Source: Candidatus Bathyarchaeota archaeon (GTDB lineage: Archaea; Thermoproteota; Bathyarchaeia; Bathyarchaeales; Bathycorpusculaceae). Taken from it: DNA of 64,000 nucleotides. The stretch covers positions 1-64,000 of the forward strand of contig CAWHDT010000009.1 in assembly GCA_963828195.1 (NCBI GenBank). The letters run 5' to 3'. This document shows, in pieces, positions 36,703-46,336 of this stretch; positions within the stretch are counted from its first letter, which is position 1; the number at the start of each line of letters is the position of its first letter. The notes under the pieces were generated by a model. The model was not told the origin of the DNA, ran no database searches, and saw nothing but the letters and a program-made list of their open reading frames with translations. The translations under genes and the position numbers were made by a program.

Positions 36703-36997
36703 GCTTCTAAATTTGGTTGCGCTTGTCTTAATACTTTGGGTTTGAAAAGCTGTTAACGAAAGAGAAAGTGTTAAAATTGCGCCCAATCAAATGGGTATCA
36801 CCATTTTTTCAGGACAGGGGACCTGTATTTTTGAGCCTAAAAAGATTTTTTTTAACAAAGATTAAGTACTATGGGCTTACCTATCTCGAAGCAGGAAGAG
36901 AGAGCGGGGCGAAAGACTTCAACCGACCACTTTACGAGAGGCTTGGTTGGTTCATCAGCCTTACGGCCTGCAAACAAAAAACGGGGGTACTACGGGG

Positions 36998-37225
36998 ATG
37001 TTTGCAAATTTGAAAGATGCATTTCACATTGTAGGGATTTCTTCGCTGTTTAGCGCTGTCTTTATGATGTGCTGGACTTTTTATGACATATCAACACAGG
37101 GCTACTTCATTCTTGGAGAAACTCACTTGCTGGTTCGTTGCTTTGAGTTTGGTTTAGTTGGTTTCAGCGTTATTTACGTTCTTTACTTACTTGTAGCGTT
37201 TGTCAAGAAAAGAGCGTTTGTCTAA
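36998..37225 (+). CDS. Small 2-TM hypothetical protein
   Basis: MFANLKDAFHIVG..., two hydrophobic helices, basic tail. Confidence 0.55.
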   Translation: MFANLKDAFHIVGISSLFSAVFMMCWTFYDISTQGYFILGETHLLVRCFEFGLVGFSVIYVLYLLVAFVKKRAFV

Positions 37226-37458
37226 AATTTGAGAACTAGAAGCTCACAGTAAATGGAACAATGTTTCATTTGCTTGCTTCAGGCTGTAGTCACAATTCTA
37301 TATATGTTTCCATACAAAAAATGTAGTGAAAGGAATGACCTTTTTTTCGGTGTTATGAATGATAAAAACAGCTTTTTTTCTGCCAGAAATCGCAGTTAGT
37401 TTGCATAGTTCAAAGTCGGATTCTAAAGCGCTTGCGCTAAACTGGAGGTTAGAATAAC

Positions 37459-39363
37459 TTGCTTAAGAACAAAGTAGCCGCAAAACTTATGATCACCCTT
37501 CTTCTTGTCGGGGTGATTGCGGGAATCGGAGTCGTTGCATACCAATCTTCTTTTAGCCAGCAGACCTCCAAAGTCGTCTACGGTCAAACTCTTGTTCCGG
37601 TTCCAGGCGCTTCAGTATATGCTTCGGGCGATAACGGCGCGGGATCTGCGACAGCTGACTCTAATGGCAACTATGAAATAAGCAGTTATCTTGACACAGG
37701 CAGTTATTCAGTAACAGCTTCCGCGCCGGGTTTCCTTGACCAAACAATCAACGAAATTAACGTAACTTCAGGCGCTGAAACCACAAACGTCAACATAGAT
37801 CTCAGCGTCTCAGGCGGCATTTCAGGAACAGTAACTGATGCCACAACAGGCTTGCCATTAGCAGGAGTCTTTGTCACAGCTTTCAACGCAACAGATGGTT
37901 CAGGTGCCGAATATGCAATTACGGATTCGAATGGCAACTACCAAATTACTCAAAATCTTCCAAGCGGAACCTATAATGTAACTGTTGATTTTGCGACAGG
38001 ATATCTTTACACAACTGTGAGCGATGTCTCAGTTACTGCTGGTTCAATGACAAGCAACGTGAATTTTGCCCTTGCTCTCTCTGGAATAATCACTGGAACA
38101 GTAACAGATGCAACTACAGGCGCTCCCCTGCAAGGCATTAGTGTTGAGGCAATAAGCGATGATGAAGCGTATGCTGGATTTGCAATAACGAATTCTGCTG
38201 GACAATACACGATGAACACTAATTTGGCTTCAGACACTTACAACGTAACAGCAGATTTTCCGACAGGTTACATCACAAACATGGTTTCGGACATAGTAGT
38301 AACTGCTGGACAAACAGCTACAGCTAACATTGCACTTAGTCAATCGGGCGTCATCTCTGGAACAGTAACAAACATAGCCACTGGACAGCCCCTTGCAGTC
38401 GCATCCATTTACGTTTCTTCGTCATCGGGCGGTTTCGGCTTTGCAACAACCGACGCGTCAGGGAACTATATAGTTAACACTGATTTGACAACAGGAAGCT
38501 ACATTGTCGAAGCGTTCTATGGGACTTCTTTTGCAACTTACCCTACAGCTGTTAATGTTGTCGCAGGCCAAACGACGTCTAACATTAACTTCCAGCTTAC
38601 CGTCGCGCCTTCGGGAACGATAAATGGGCAAGTCACGAGTTCAACAGGTGGTCCAGTAATCGATGCATCTGTTAGCGTGCAAGGTCTCGGCGGCTCCAAC
38701 AGCAATGACACAGACATCAACGGCAACTACATCGTATCAAGCGATCTGGGAACCGGAACCTACTCAGTCACCGTTACGGCAACAGGATATGTCTCGCAAA
38801 CCCAAACTGGAATTTCAATCACAGTGAATCAAGTAACAGGCAACGTTAATTTTGTGTTGACTCCTGAACCTTCAGGAAGCATTTCGGGCCAAGTATTGTC
38901 CACACAAACCAACCCGTTCCCAACTCCTACACCAGCACCTACCCCGTCACCTACAATTGCGCCAACCCCAACCCCGTCCACGACTCCTGCGCCCACTGCA
39001 ACTCCCGCACCAACCCCGACACCTGCACCTACAACAACCCCGGCTCCCACTGCCACACCTGCCCCAACAGCAGCTCCAACAACCGCGCCATACCAAACAA
39101 CCACACCTGTAACATCGCCAACCGCCGCTCCAACCACGGCACCCACAACCGCGCCAACAACTCACCCATCAGCTACACCAACACCCACTGCTAAGCCAAC
39201 ATCAAAACCAACGGTTGCCCCCTCCACGACGCCAGTATCCTCTTCAGGCATACCACAAGGGTACGTCTATGGACTAGTTGTTGTCGTAATTATAATCGTA
39301 ATCATTGCAGCCGTGCTTACGCTAAGATGGCGTGGAACAAGAAAAAGCAAAGTACAACCATGA
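37459..39363 (+). CDS. Surface protein: CarboxypepD_reg-like beta-sandwich repeats + Pro/Thr linker + TM anchor
   Basis: About 5 repeats of ISGTVTDATTG.PL...TDSNGNY...GTYNVT; PTPAPT linker; C-terminal TM. Confidence 0.85.
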   Translation: MLKNKVAAKLMITLLLVGVIAGIGVVAYQSSFSQQTSKVVYGQTLVPVPGASVYASGDNGAGSATADSNGNYEISSYLDTGSYSVTASAPGFLDQTINEINVTSGAETTNVNIDLSVSGGISGTVTDATTGLPLAGVFVTAFNATDGSGAEYAITDSNGNYQITQNLPSGTYNVTVDFATGYLYTTVSDVSVTAGSMTSNVNFALALSGIITGTVTDATTGAPLQGISVEAISDDEAYAGFAITNSAGQYTMNTNLASDTYNVTADFPTGYITNMVSDIVVTAGQTATANIALSQSGVISGTVTNIATGQPLAVASIYVSSSSGGFGFATTDASGNYIVNTDLTTGSYIVEAFYGTSFATYPTAVNVVAGQTTSNINFQLTVAPSGTINGQVTSSTGGPVIDASVSVQGLGGSNSNDTDINGNYIVSSDLGTGTYSVTVTATGYVSQTQTGISITVNQVTGNVNFVLTPEPSGSISGQVLSTQTNPFPTPTPAPTPSPTIAPTPTPSTTPAPTATPAPTPTPAPTTTPAPTATPAPTAAPTTAPYQTTTPVTSPTAAPTTAPTTAPTTHPSATPTPTAKPTSKPTVAPSTTPVSSSGIPQGYVYGLVVVVIIIVIIAAVLTLRWRGTRKSKVQP

Positions 39364-39638
39364 ATTAGGCAAACAGCAAAAATTCCCCTTTCTTTTTTTG
39401 TTAAAAGCAACTAAATACAATCTGAGACTTTTGTGTTCCGTTTCTCTTCAGTTTCCCTAAACCAAATGTTTTATACGAGTCAGCCTTAAACCATCCTTTT
39501 TTAAAGGTTTTTTTTCGTGAATACGCAAACGAGGATCTTTCACGATTCAAAGCATTGATAAATAAGGCGTACAGTAGTTTATCGCCGAATTTTAAAATAG
39601 AAAAACTCGCCTCGGAGAAAAACTCTGTTTAAGCGGTG

Positions 39639-39743
39639 TTAGGCACATAGGGGCAAATCGTAATGTTTGTGGGCATGCAAATCTAGTTCTTTGCTTTCCC
39701 TAAAATTTGAGCCGCACCACGGGCACTCAAAATGTTCTTTCAT
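39639..39743 (-). CDS. 34-aa C2H2 zinc-finger microprotein (absent from the ORF track)
   Basis: MKEHFECPWCGSNFRESKELDLHAHKHYDLPLCA: F-x-C-x2-C-x3-F-x5-L-x2-H-x3-H. Confidence 0.7.
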   Translation of the reverse strand: MKEHFECPWCGSNFRESKELDLHAHKHYDLPLCA

Positions 39744-39962
39744 AACACTTGCATCTATCAAACAAGTTAGCTTTATTTTGTTTTTAAGTTTATGTGGGTG
39801 GCAATCCGATACAACACCTTTAAAGCAAAATGCGACGTTTTCACATTTTTTTTGTTATAATGCAGATTATTCCAGCTACCAGCAACAAAGCCGTCAATAT
39901 CACTGTCGAAGCGGCAAAAACACCAGTAGCCCGCAAGCTACCGTGGTTCTATGCATCCGCAA

Positions 39963-41096
39963 TCAGGTTGCTTGTTGATTTTCACTTTTATTATTGTGCA
40001 GTTCTGAAAGTCTTAGGAGCGTTTCCTTGTAAACCGCAATCGCTTCTAAATATTCGTTTACTTCAATGTGCTCGTCTAAGGTATGGTCTAGATGTGAGTC
40101 GCCTGGTCCATAGGTGACTATTGGCAGGTTCATGGCTTTGCCTAGAATATTCATGTCGCCTGTTCCAGTTTTATGCAAAAGCGTTGCTGGTTTATTTAGG
40201 ACTTTACGAACCGAAGATGACAATACATGGACGAGCGGCGATGTCTTGTTAACTTCAAACGGCTCAACGGTGTCGAGAACAGTTGCTTTGACGAATACAT
40301 TCGGGTTGGCAACATGATACTTCGTAATTATCTTCTCTATCTGCTCAAAAACCTGAGCGGTCGAAAACTGAATTGGCACTCTGACATCAAGATTCATTTC
40401 CACTTCAAAAGGAACAACAGAAGTCGCTCTTCCCCCCACAACTTTAACCAAACACGCCGTCACAGCATTATACGGGCTGGCTGAGGGATCCAGCGACGGA
40501 TACGAGGAAGCATTTTTGATTTGCTCCCAGAGCTCATAAGCCTTCTCCAGGGCGTTGTCAAACATCCATGGCGTGGACGAATGTCCCGTCTCAGTTTTGC
40601 ACACGATTTTAAGTTGGATTTGCCCTTTATAGCCGACAGTTACGTTTTCAACGCCGCTGGGTTCACCGAAAATCGCGTAGTTAGCCTTAATCCCCTGAGT
40701 AATCAGATGTTTAACGCCTCTGCTGGTTGCTTCTTCTTCCACAACGGCAGCGACCAGAATTTCACCCTTAAACCCTGGCTCTTTAGCTGCGGCAACTGCA
40801 GCCATAATCATTGCGGCAAGCGGACCCTTAGCGTCCACAGCGCCCCGAGCATAGATTTTGCCTTCCTCAATCCGAAGCGGTAGATGCCCAGCTACAGTAT
40901 CCATGTGCCCACACAATAAGATGACAGGTTCGCCTTCACCGACAACGCCTATGACGTTTCCCATTGCGTCTTTGCCAACCTCAAAACCCATCCTTTTCAT
41001 TTCAACCTCTAAAAAGTTGGCTGCATCCTCTTCTTTTCCTGAAGGGCTGTAAATGCCCAAAAGGTTAGTTAGAAATCGTACCGCTTGCTCGCTCAT
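39963..41096 (-). CDS. lysK: [LysW]-lysine/ornithine hydrolase (M20)
   Basis: GHMDTV, GRG-like ARGAVDAKG, VEEE, YGPGDS.LDH; operon context. Confidence 0.9.
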   Translation of the reverse strand: MSEQAVRFLTNLLGIYSPSGKEEDAANFLEVEMKRMGFEVGKDAMGNVIGVVGEGEPVILLCGHMDTVAGHLPLRIEEGKIYARGAVDAKGPLAAMIMAAVAAAKEPGFKGEILVAAVVEEEATSRGVKHLITQGIKANYAIFGEPSGVENVTVGYKGQIQLKIVCKTETGHSSTPWMFDNALEKAYELWEQIKNASSYPSLDPSASPYNAVTACLVKVVGGRATSVVPFEVEMNLDVRVPIQFSTAQVFEQIEKIITKYHVANPNVFVKATVLDTVEPFEVNKTSPLVHVLSSSVRKVLNKPATLLHKTGTGDMNILGKAMNLPIVTYGPGDSHLDHTLDEHIEVNEYLEAIAVYKETLLRLSELHNNKSENQQAT

Positions 41097-42276
41097 TTTC
41101 CTCTTCCCCCAAAACTTCATCGAGAACTGCTATTGCCTGGTCGATCTGCTCTTTCTTAATCACCAAAGGCGGCAACAACCGAACCACCGTTCTTCCGGCA
41201 TCCAGCACCAAAACGCCTTTTGATAGTGCTTTCAGAATTATGTTGTGCACGTCGAAGCGCAGTTCCATGCCCAGCATTAATCCTAAACCGCGCACTTCCT
41301 TGACGATTTTATGCTTAGCCTGCAAATCTACCAGTTGAGCCTTGAAATACTTCCCTATTGTAGCTGCTTGATCCATGAGTTTCTCTTCCAAAAGTGCATC
41401 TATGGCGGCGCATCCAGCTGCACAAACCAGCGGGCTTCCACTGAAAGTGGTTGAGTGCTCACCAATTTTAAGCGATGACATAATGTTTTCTTTAGCCACC
41501 GTTATGCCGATGGGCAAACCGCCCGCAAATGGCTTCGCCAAACACATCACATCGGGGGTAACGTCCCAGTTTTGGCATCCGAAAAGTTTTCCCGTTCGCC
41601 CGAAACTGGTCTGCACTTCATCAAGCATTAACAGAACATTTTTTTCATCGCAGATTTGACGCACTTCCTGCAAGTAACCGTCAGGTGGAACACGAATGCC
41701 GCCTTCGCCGCGTATGGGCTCCATCAAGACAGCCGCTGTCTTTTCAGTTATCGCTTCTCGGATTTTCTCTGCGTTGTCGGGGACTACATGCTTGAACTCG
41801 GGAACCAGCGGCATGAAAGGCTCGCGGTATTTCTTGTCCCATGTTGCTGATAGTGCCCCCATGGTTTTGCCGTGGAAAGCGCCCATTAAAGCGATTATTT
41901 CTGGTTTACCCGTGTATTTGCGGGCCAGTTTTATGGCGCACTCGACGGATTCGGCGCCGCTGTTTGAAAGAAAAGCTTTGTCTAAGCCTTTCGGCGTAAT
42001 CGACACCAATTTCTGTATGAATTCCGCCCGTTTGTCGTTATAGTAGCCGCTGTGGCAGGTGATAAGTTGTTCCGCTTGAGCTTGGATTGCGGCTACAACT
42101 TTTGGGTGACAGTGCCCCAGCAAAGCTACGCCGTAGCTGCTTGAGCAATCAATGTATTCTCTGCCGTTAATATCCCAAACAACTGCGCCTTTGCCTTTTG
42201 TCAGCACGACTGGTTTTTTGGAGAAAACGTTCGCCATGAACCGATTTTCAATATCCATTACTTCTTTTTCATTCAC
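41065..42276 (-). CDS. lysJ: [LysW]-aminoadipate/glutamate semialdehyde aminotransferase
   Basis: NSGAES, FHGKT, EPIRGEGG, DEVQTSFGRTG, LAK. Confidence 0.9.
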   Translation of the reverse strand: MNEKEVMDIENRFMANVFSKKPVVLTKGKGAVVWDINGREYIDCSSSYGVALLGHCHPKVVAAIQAQAEQLITCHSGYYNDKRAEFIQKLVSITPKGLDKAFLSNSGAESVECAIKLARKYTGKPEIIALMGAFHGKTMGALSATWDKKYREPFMPLVPEFKHVVPDNAEKIREAITEKTAAVLMEPIRGEGGIRVPPDGYLQEVRQICDEKNVLLMLDEVQTSFGRTGKLFGCQNWDVTPDVMCLAKPFAGGLPIGITVAKENIMSSLKIGEHSTTFSGSPLVCAAGCAAIDALLEEKLMDQAATIGKYFKAQLVDLQAKHKIVKEVRGLGLMLGMELRFDVHNIILKALSKGVLVLDAGRTVVRLLPPLVIKKEQIDQAIAVLDEVLGEEENERASGTISN

Positions 42277-43087
42277 CAGTTATCACTGTACCAACTTTAT
42301 GATTCAAAGCGTGGCTAATGGGCTGATTTCCCGTGCCCGAGGTAACTAAAACCTCTTTGACGCCTTGGTTAAGAGCTTCGAGCGCTGCGTGGACTTTAGT
42401 GCTCATCCCCTGCCCAATGCTTGACATGACCTCTTTGACCTCTGTCGCGGTAATTTTTTGAACACACTCGCCCTTAAGCATTAGACCCGCCACGTCGGTC
42501 AGCAAGATTAACCGGTCTGCTTTGAGAGCACCTGCGATTATCGCGGCTGTTCTATCACCATCAACATTGAGGGGTTCAAAATCTTGGCTAAGCGCTATAG
42601 GCGTCACAATCGGCAAGTAGCCCTTTTCAAGCAAAAGGTTTAGCAGTTCAGAGTTAACCTGAGTTATTTTTCCCGTGTAGCCGCCGTCGATTACTTTTTT
42701 TCTACCCCGTTCATCAATGTGGATAAGTTTGAGTTTTCGTTCAGCCTTTAAGGTTCCAGCATCTAAACCAGTTATGCCGACGGCTTGGATACCTTGACTC
42801 TGCAAAGCAAGAACTATTTGCTTGTTGATTTTGCCCGCCATAACCATCGTGTAAATTTCAATTGTTTCTTTATCGGTGTAGCGGCTTCTGAACCCTTCAG
42901 GAGAAACTATGAATTTCTGCTCTTTACCCAGTTTAGACGCAACTTCAGTGACCTCTACGCCGCCGCCGTGGACCAAAATGACCTTGTTGTTTTTTGCAAC
43001 TTCCTTTAGGTCGGCGACTAAATCTTGGGATGCCCCCTCTTTGAGTATGCTTCCGCCCATCTTGATTACAACTAGCATAGCTCTCAC
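42269..43087 (-). CDS. lysZ: [LysW]-aminoadipate/glutamate kinase
   Basis: KMGGS, VHGGG, SRYTD, NVDGDR. Confidence 0.9.
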   Translation of the reverse strand: MRAMLVVIKMGGSILKEGASQDLVADLKEVAKNNKVILVHGGGVEVTEVASKLGKEQKFIVSPEGFRSRYTDKETIEIYTMVMAGKINKQIVLALQSQGIQAVGITGLDAGTLKAERKLKLIHIDERGRKKVIDGGYTGKITQVNSELLNLLLEKGYLPIVTPIALSQDFEPLNVDGDRTAAIIAGALKADRLILLTDVAGLMLKGECVQKITATEVKEVMSSIGQGMSTKVHAALEALNQGVKEVLVTSGTGNQPISHALNHKVGTVITGE

Positions 43088-44139
43088 ATCGGGTGGAAAC
43101 CCGTACTTTTTAGCCCTGTCGATTCATCGATGCCCATTAAAATGTTGAGGCATTGCACACCTTGCCCAGAAGCCCCCTTGCACATGTTATCCAAAGCAGA
43201 AAAAATCAACAGCCGATTCGCATGCTCATCAATCTCAAACCCTACGTCGCAGAAGTTTGTGCCCAAAGTTACTTTCGGGTCAGGCAGCTGGTACGGTCCC
43301 TTCTGGTACTTCACTAAGCGTATAAACGGTTCATTGCCGTACATTCCGCGAAAAGCTCGCCAAAGATCTTTGTTTTCTAATTTTTGTTTTGGAAAAGTGT
43401 GAATCGTCGCAAGTATGCCGCGAACCATGTTTACAGCGTGCGGAGTAAAAGATATTTTCACTTGCTCGCTAGACAAAGCATCCAGTTCCTGTTCAACCTC
43501 AGCGATGTGACGGTGCCCAACAACCTTGTAGGGGCGCACTCCACTTGACCGCTCAGGGTGATGAGAAGCAAGCGAAGGTGTACTGCCTCCGCCGGAAGAA
43601 CCGACCTTAAGGTCTACAACGATTTTGTCTTTGTCAACAAACCCAGATTTCACTATGGGCGCTAACCCTAAAATGGCGGCTGTTGCCTCGCAGCCTGGAC
43701 AAGCGACAAGTTTTGCGTTTTTGATTTCTTCCCGGTGAAGCTCGGGCAAACCGTAGACTGCGTCTTTAAGCATTTCGGGATGAGCATGTGTCCAGCCGTA
43801 ATAGGTTTCGTAGTCTGTTGGGTTTTTGAGGCGAAAATCAGCGCTCATATCAATAACTTTTAAGCCAGCCTCCAAGAGTTTAGGAACTAGGTTAACTGAG
43901 CCTCCATGCGGGGTTGCAGTGAAGATCAAGTCGCAGTTTTTCTGCAGTTCAGCCATATCTTGGGGCACAAATTTCAGCTGGGTTAATCCACGCAAGTTAG
44001 GATGCACGTTGAATATGTATTCGCCGACGCTTTGGCGTGAAGTAACCATAGTTACTTCTACTTGGGGATGAAGAAGCAGCAGACGCAAAAGTTCGCCGCC
44101 GACATATCCTGAACCGCCGATTATTCCAATTCTCAACAT
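43084..44139 (-). CDS. lysY: [LysW]-aminoadipyl/glutamyl-phosphate reductase
   Basis: GGSGYVGGE, PGC, HPERS, HRH.AE, DN.CKGASG. Confidence 0.92.
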   Translation of the reverse strand: MLRIGIIGGSGYVGGELLRLLLLHPQVEVTMVTSRQSVGEYIFNVHPNLRGLTQLKFVPQDMAELQKNCDLIFTATPHGGSVNLVPKLLEAGLKVIDMSADFRLKNPTDYETYYGWTHAHPEMLKDAVYGLPELHREEIKNAKLVACPGCEATAAILGLAPIVKSGFVDKDKIVVDLKVGSSGGGSTPSLASHHPERSSGVRPYKVVGHRHIAEVEQELDALSSEQVKISFTPHAVNMVRGILATIHTFPKQKLENKDLWRAFRGMYGNEPFIRLVKYQKGPYQLPDPKVTLGTNFCDVGFEIDEHANRLLIFSALDNMCKGASGQGVQCLNILMGIDESTGLKSTGFHPM

Positions 44140-44158
44140 TTCTATTCACCTTTTATTA

Positions 44159-45343
44159 TTAATGGTCAATTAGGCTTTGAGCACTTTTCAAGAGGGGAAC
44201 AGCCACATTGAGGCCTGTAGCCAGCCGAGTGTTCTCCCAGAATTCTGGGCAAGAATTCGACTCGTGAAACACCAAAGCGCCCTTATTTTTTTCTAAACTT
44301 TCTTCAATTATCTTTTTAACATTTTCGTAATGCTCACTGCTCGCGTAAGCTTGAAACGCCTTTTCCAGTTTACTATTCCAAGCTTGGAAGGAAGTTAAGC
44401 GCGTCTCATCCTGCTTGACTCTTTGAACAGGCAAAAACTCTTTTCCAGCCTTATCAAGTTCACCTTTAACGTAAGCATCATCAACCGATTTGTTCTCTTT
44501 AACATTTACCATGGCGTCTAAAGCGAAAATCCATGCTTCACTGCCTTTGCCTAGGGTCTTGCCACTTTTCACCGCCAACTCCTGAATGCTTCTGGGTAAT
44601 TTGGCGCCGAAAACTAGGTTGCCCAAAAAAGTGTTTGTTCTGAAATCTTTAAAGCCTGCTCTTGCCATCGCGGTCTTGTAGCAGACTGGCTGTTTGCCTT
44701 TTTCCTTGAAAACTATTATTCGTAAATCATAAAACCACTTCTGAACCATTTCCTGCGCAACGACCCCAACAGGGTTAATTATTGAGGGCTTGTCTTCTTG
44801 GATGCTTGCTATGAGTTCTTCCTGGTTTTGTGACAGCATGATCATTTTGCCGTGGGTTCCAGCGTCGGCTTTAATCACTATGCCTTCTGAGAGGGGGATT
44901 TCCTGTTGAAACAGCTCGGCAATGTCTTTCTCATTGTGGATTACCTGACCGTTCTTCAAAGTGTCGGTGGGGTCACATGGAACATAAACGGTTTTGGGAA
45001 TCGGGATGCCTTCTTTCCAAAGATTCAGCAGGGTTCGAAGCTTGCTGTAACAGACAAACTCGATTTGAGAGCTGTTCAACGTTTTTTTGCCCAGTTGCTC
45101 CATCATGTACGAAGCTTGAAGGCGACGGTTTTTGCTTTGCGCCCGATTAAGCACAACTGCTGTGTCTTTGATTATGTTTGTGTAGTCTTTGCCTTTGGTT
45201 TTAGCGCTAAAGCCGTCTTTAGATATGGCTAGGGAGATTTTTCGGAACGGCAGAAACGTCAAATCAATGCCTAATTGCTGAGCCGTTAGTTTTATGCCGT
45301 TTTCGTCGTTTTCAGACCGCTCATACAACAGTGCAATGCTCAT
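44159..45343 (-). CDS. lysX: ATP-grasp LysW ligase (LysX/ArgX-like), atypically long
   Basis: K..GTHG, QEMV, DLRI, FRTN, ESNSCPEF; lies between lysW and lysY. Confidence 0.75.
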   Translation of the reverse strand: MSIALLYERSENDENGIKLTAQQLGIDLTFLPFRKISLAISKDGFSAKTKGKDYTNIIKDTAVVLNRAQSKNRRLQASYMMEQLGKKTLNSSQIEFVCYSKLRTLLNLWKEGIPIPKTVYVPCDPTDTLKNGQVIHNEKDIAELFQQEIPLSEGIVIKADAGTHGKMIMLSQNQEELIASIQEDKPSIINPVGVVAQEMVQKWFYDLRIIVFKEKGKQPVCYKTAMARAGFKDFRTNTFLGNLVFGAKLPRSIQELAVKSGKTLGKGSEAWIFALDAMVNVKENKSVDDAYVKGELDKAGKEFLPVQRVKQDETRLTSFQAWNSKLEKAFQAYASSEHYENVKKIIEESLEKNKGALVFHESNSCPEFWENTRLATGLNVAVPLLKSAQSLIDH

Positions 45344-45412
45344 CGCTTTCTGCTTCCACCAAAAAAATTAATCAAAAAACTCTTTTAAATAAATCAAGGC
45401 TGACGGGAGTGC

Positions 45413-45589
45413 TTATTCGCCCCAGTCTTCGCCTTCAATGGTTAATTCTTGAAGGTCCACGCAGCCGCCTTTTACTTGTTTAACTTCGAGTTCAAGTCCG
45501 CAGCCTGGGCAGCTTAGGATTTCTCCTTTTTCTGTGTCTGCTGGAACGTCAAGCACTGCGTCACAGTCGGGGCATTTTGCCTTGTTCAT
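45413..45589 (-). CDS. lysW: Amino-group carrier protein LysW
   Basis: CPDC...CPGC zinc ribbon, C-terminal EDWGE; start MNKAK. Confidence 0.95.
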   Translation of the reverse strand: MNKAKCPDCDAVLDVPADTEKGEILSCPGCGLELEVKQVKGGCVDLQELTIEGEDWGE

Positions 45590-45886
45590 TGCCTTTGTTT
45601 CTTGAGGGTTTATATTTGCTGGTTTAATCATTTTATTCGTCACTTTATTTGTATTCGGAAATGTCTTTTTCATTAAGTCGAGTTTCTTTTAAACATTTTG
45701 ACTAATTTGTTACAAGTCGGACTGTTAATGTTCCATTTGGTGCAATGTTTAGATTCCGAAAGACCCTTAGAAACTGAAAACGCATAGTAAACGCTTGTTC
45801 GCAACGAAATTCGCATTCGAACCCATGATGGTGCAAGGGAAAACGTTAAATTTTTCCAGTATGTAATAGCCAATCGGCGACAAGAA

Positions 45887-46297
45887 ATGGATGAGAAAGA
45901 TAAACACATTATCAAGCTCCTACAAAGTAACGCAAGAGCAGGCTACGGCGAAATCGGCGCGACCATAGGCTTATCTGAAGGAGCTGTACGGAAAAGAATC
46001 AAAACACTTAGCGACGACGGAGTAATACGCAAATTCACAGTAAAAATTGCCGTTGCAGAAGGAGCCCAAGCCATAACTTTACTCGCAACCAACCCCGCCC
46101 AACCAACCCAAGAAGTGTCAAAAAAAATTCAAGTAATCCCAAACGTTGAAACAACATATGAAGTCAGCGGCGAATACGACATCGTCGCAGTCATCAGCGG
46201 ACTGAACATGACCGAAGTCAATGAATGCATAGAGAAAATACGGATGGTTGACGGCATCGTAAAAACCAACACAATGATCGTCCTACGAAGCTCCTGA
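45887..46297 (+). CDS. Lrp/AsnC regulator (LysM-like), divergent from the lys operon
   Basis: D..II..LQ.NAR....IG..IGLSEGAVRKRI; SGEYD. Confidence 0.88.
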   Translation: MDEKDKHIIKLLQSNARAGYGEIGATIGLSEGAVRKRIKTLSDDGVIRKFTVKIAVAEGAQAITLLATNPAQPTQEVSKKIQVIPNVETTYEVSGEYDIVAVISGLNMTEVNECIEKIRMVDGIVKTNTMIVLRSS

Positions 46298-46336
46298 CAA
46301 CCTGTAATCTTGTGCCGTTTCATTATTGCCAGCATT

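Noticed and set aside
36900-36970. CTGATGA...GAAG on the minus strand suggesting a hammerhead ribozyme or C/D box RNA
   Set aside because: GAAG instead of GAAA, no UH cleavage site or stem III, and no D box.
38920-39235. C/A-rich tandem repeats and antisense ORFs 38829 and 38947
   Set aside because: Explained by the Pro/Thr linker of the surface protein; the antisense ORFs are shadows.
45797-45822. Imperfect inverted repeat GTTCG..CGAAATTCG..CGAAC as the Lrp/LysM operator
   Set aside because: Position is plausible but it is too degenerate to call.
45673-45915. 80-aa ORF and the many other short antisense ORFs in the track
   Set aside because: They overlap promoters or lie opposite well-supported genes and have no motifs.
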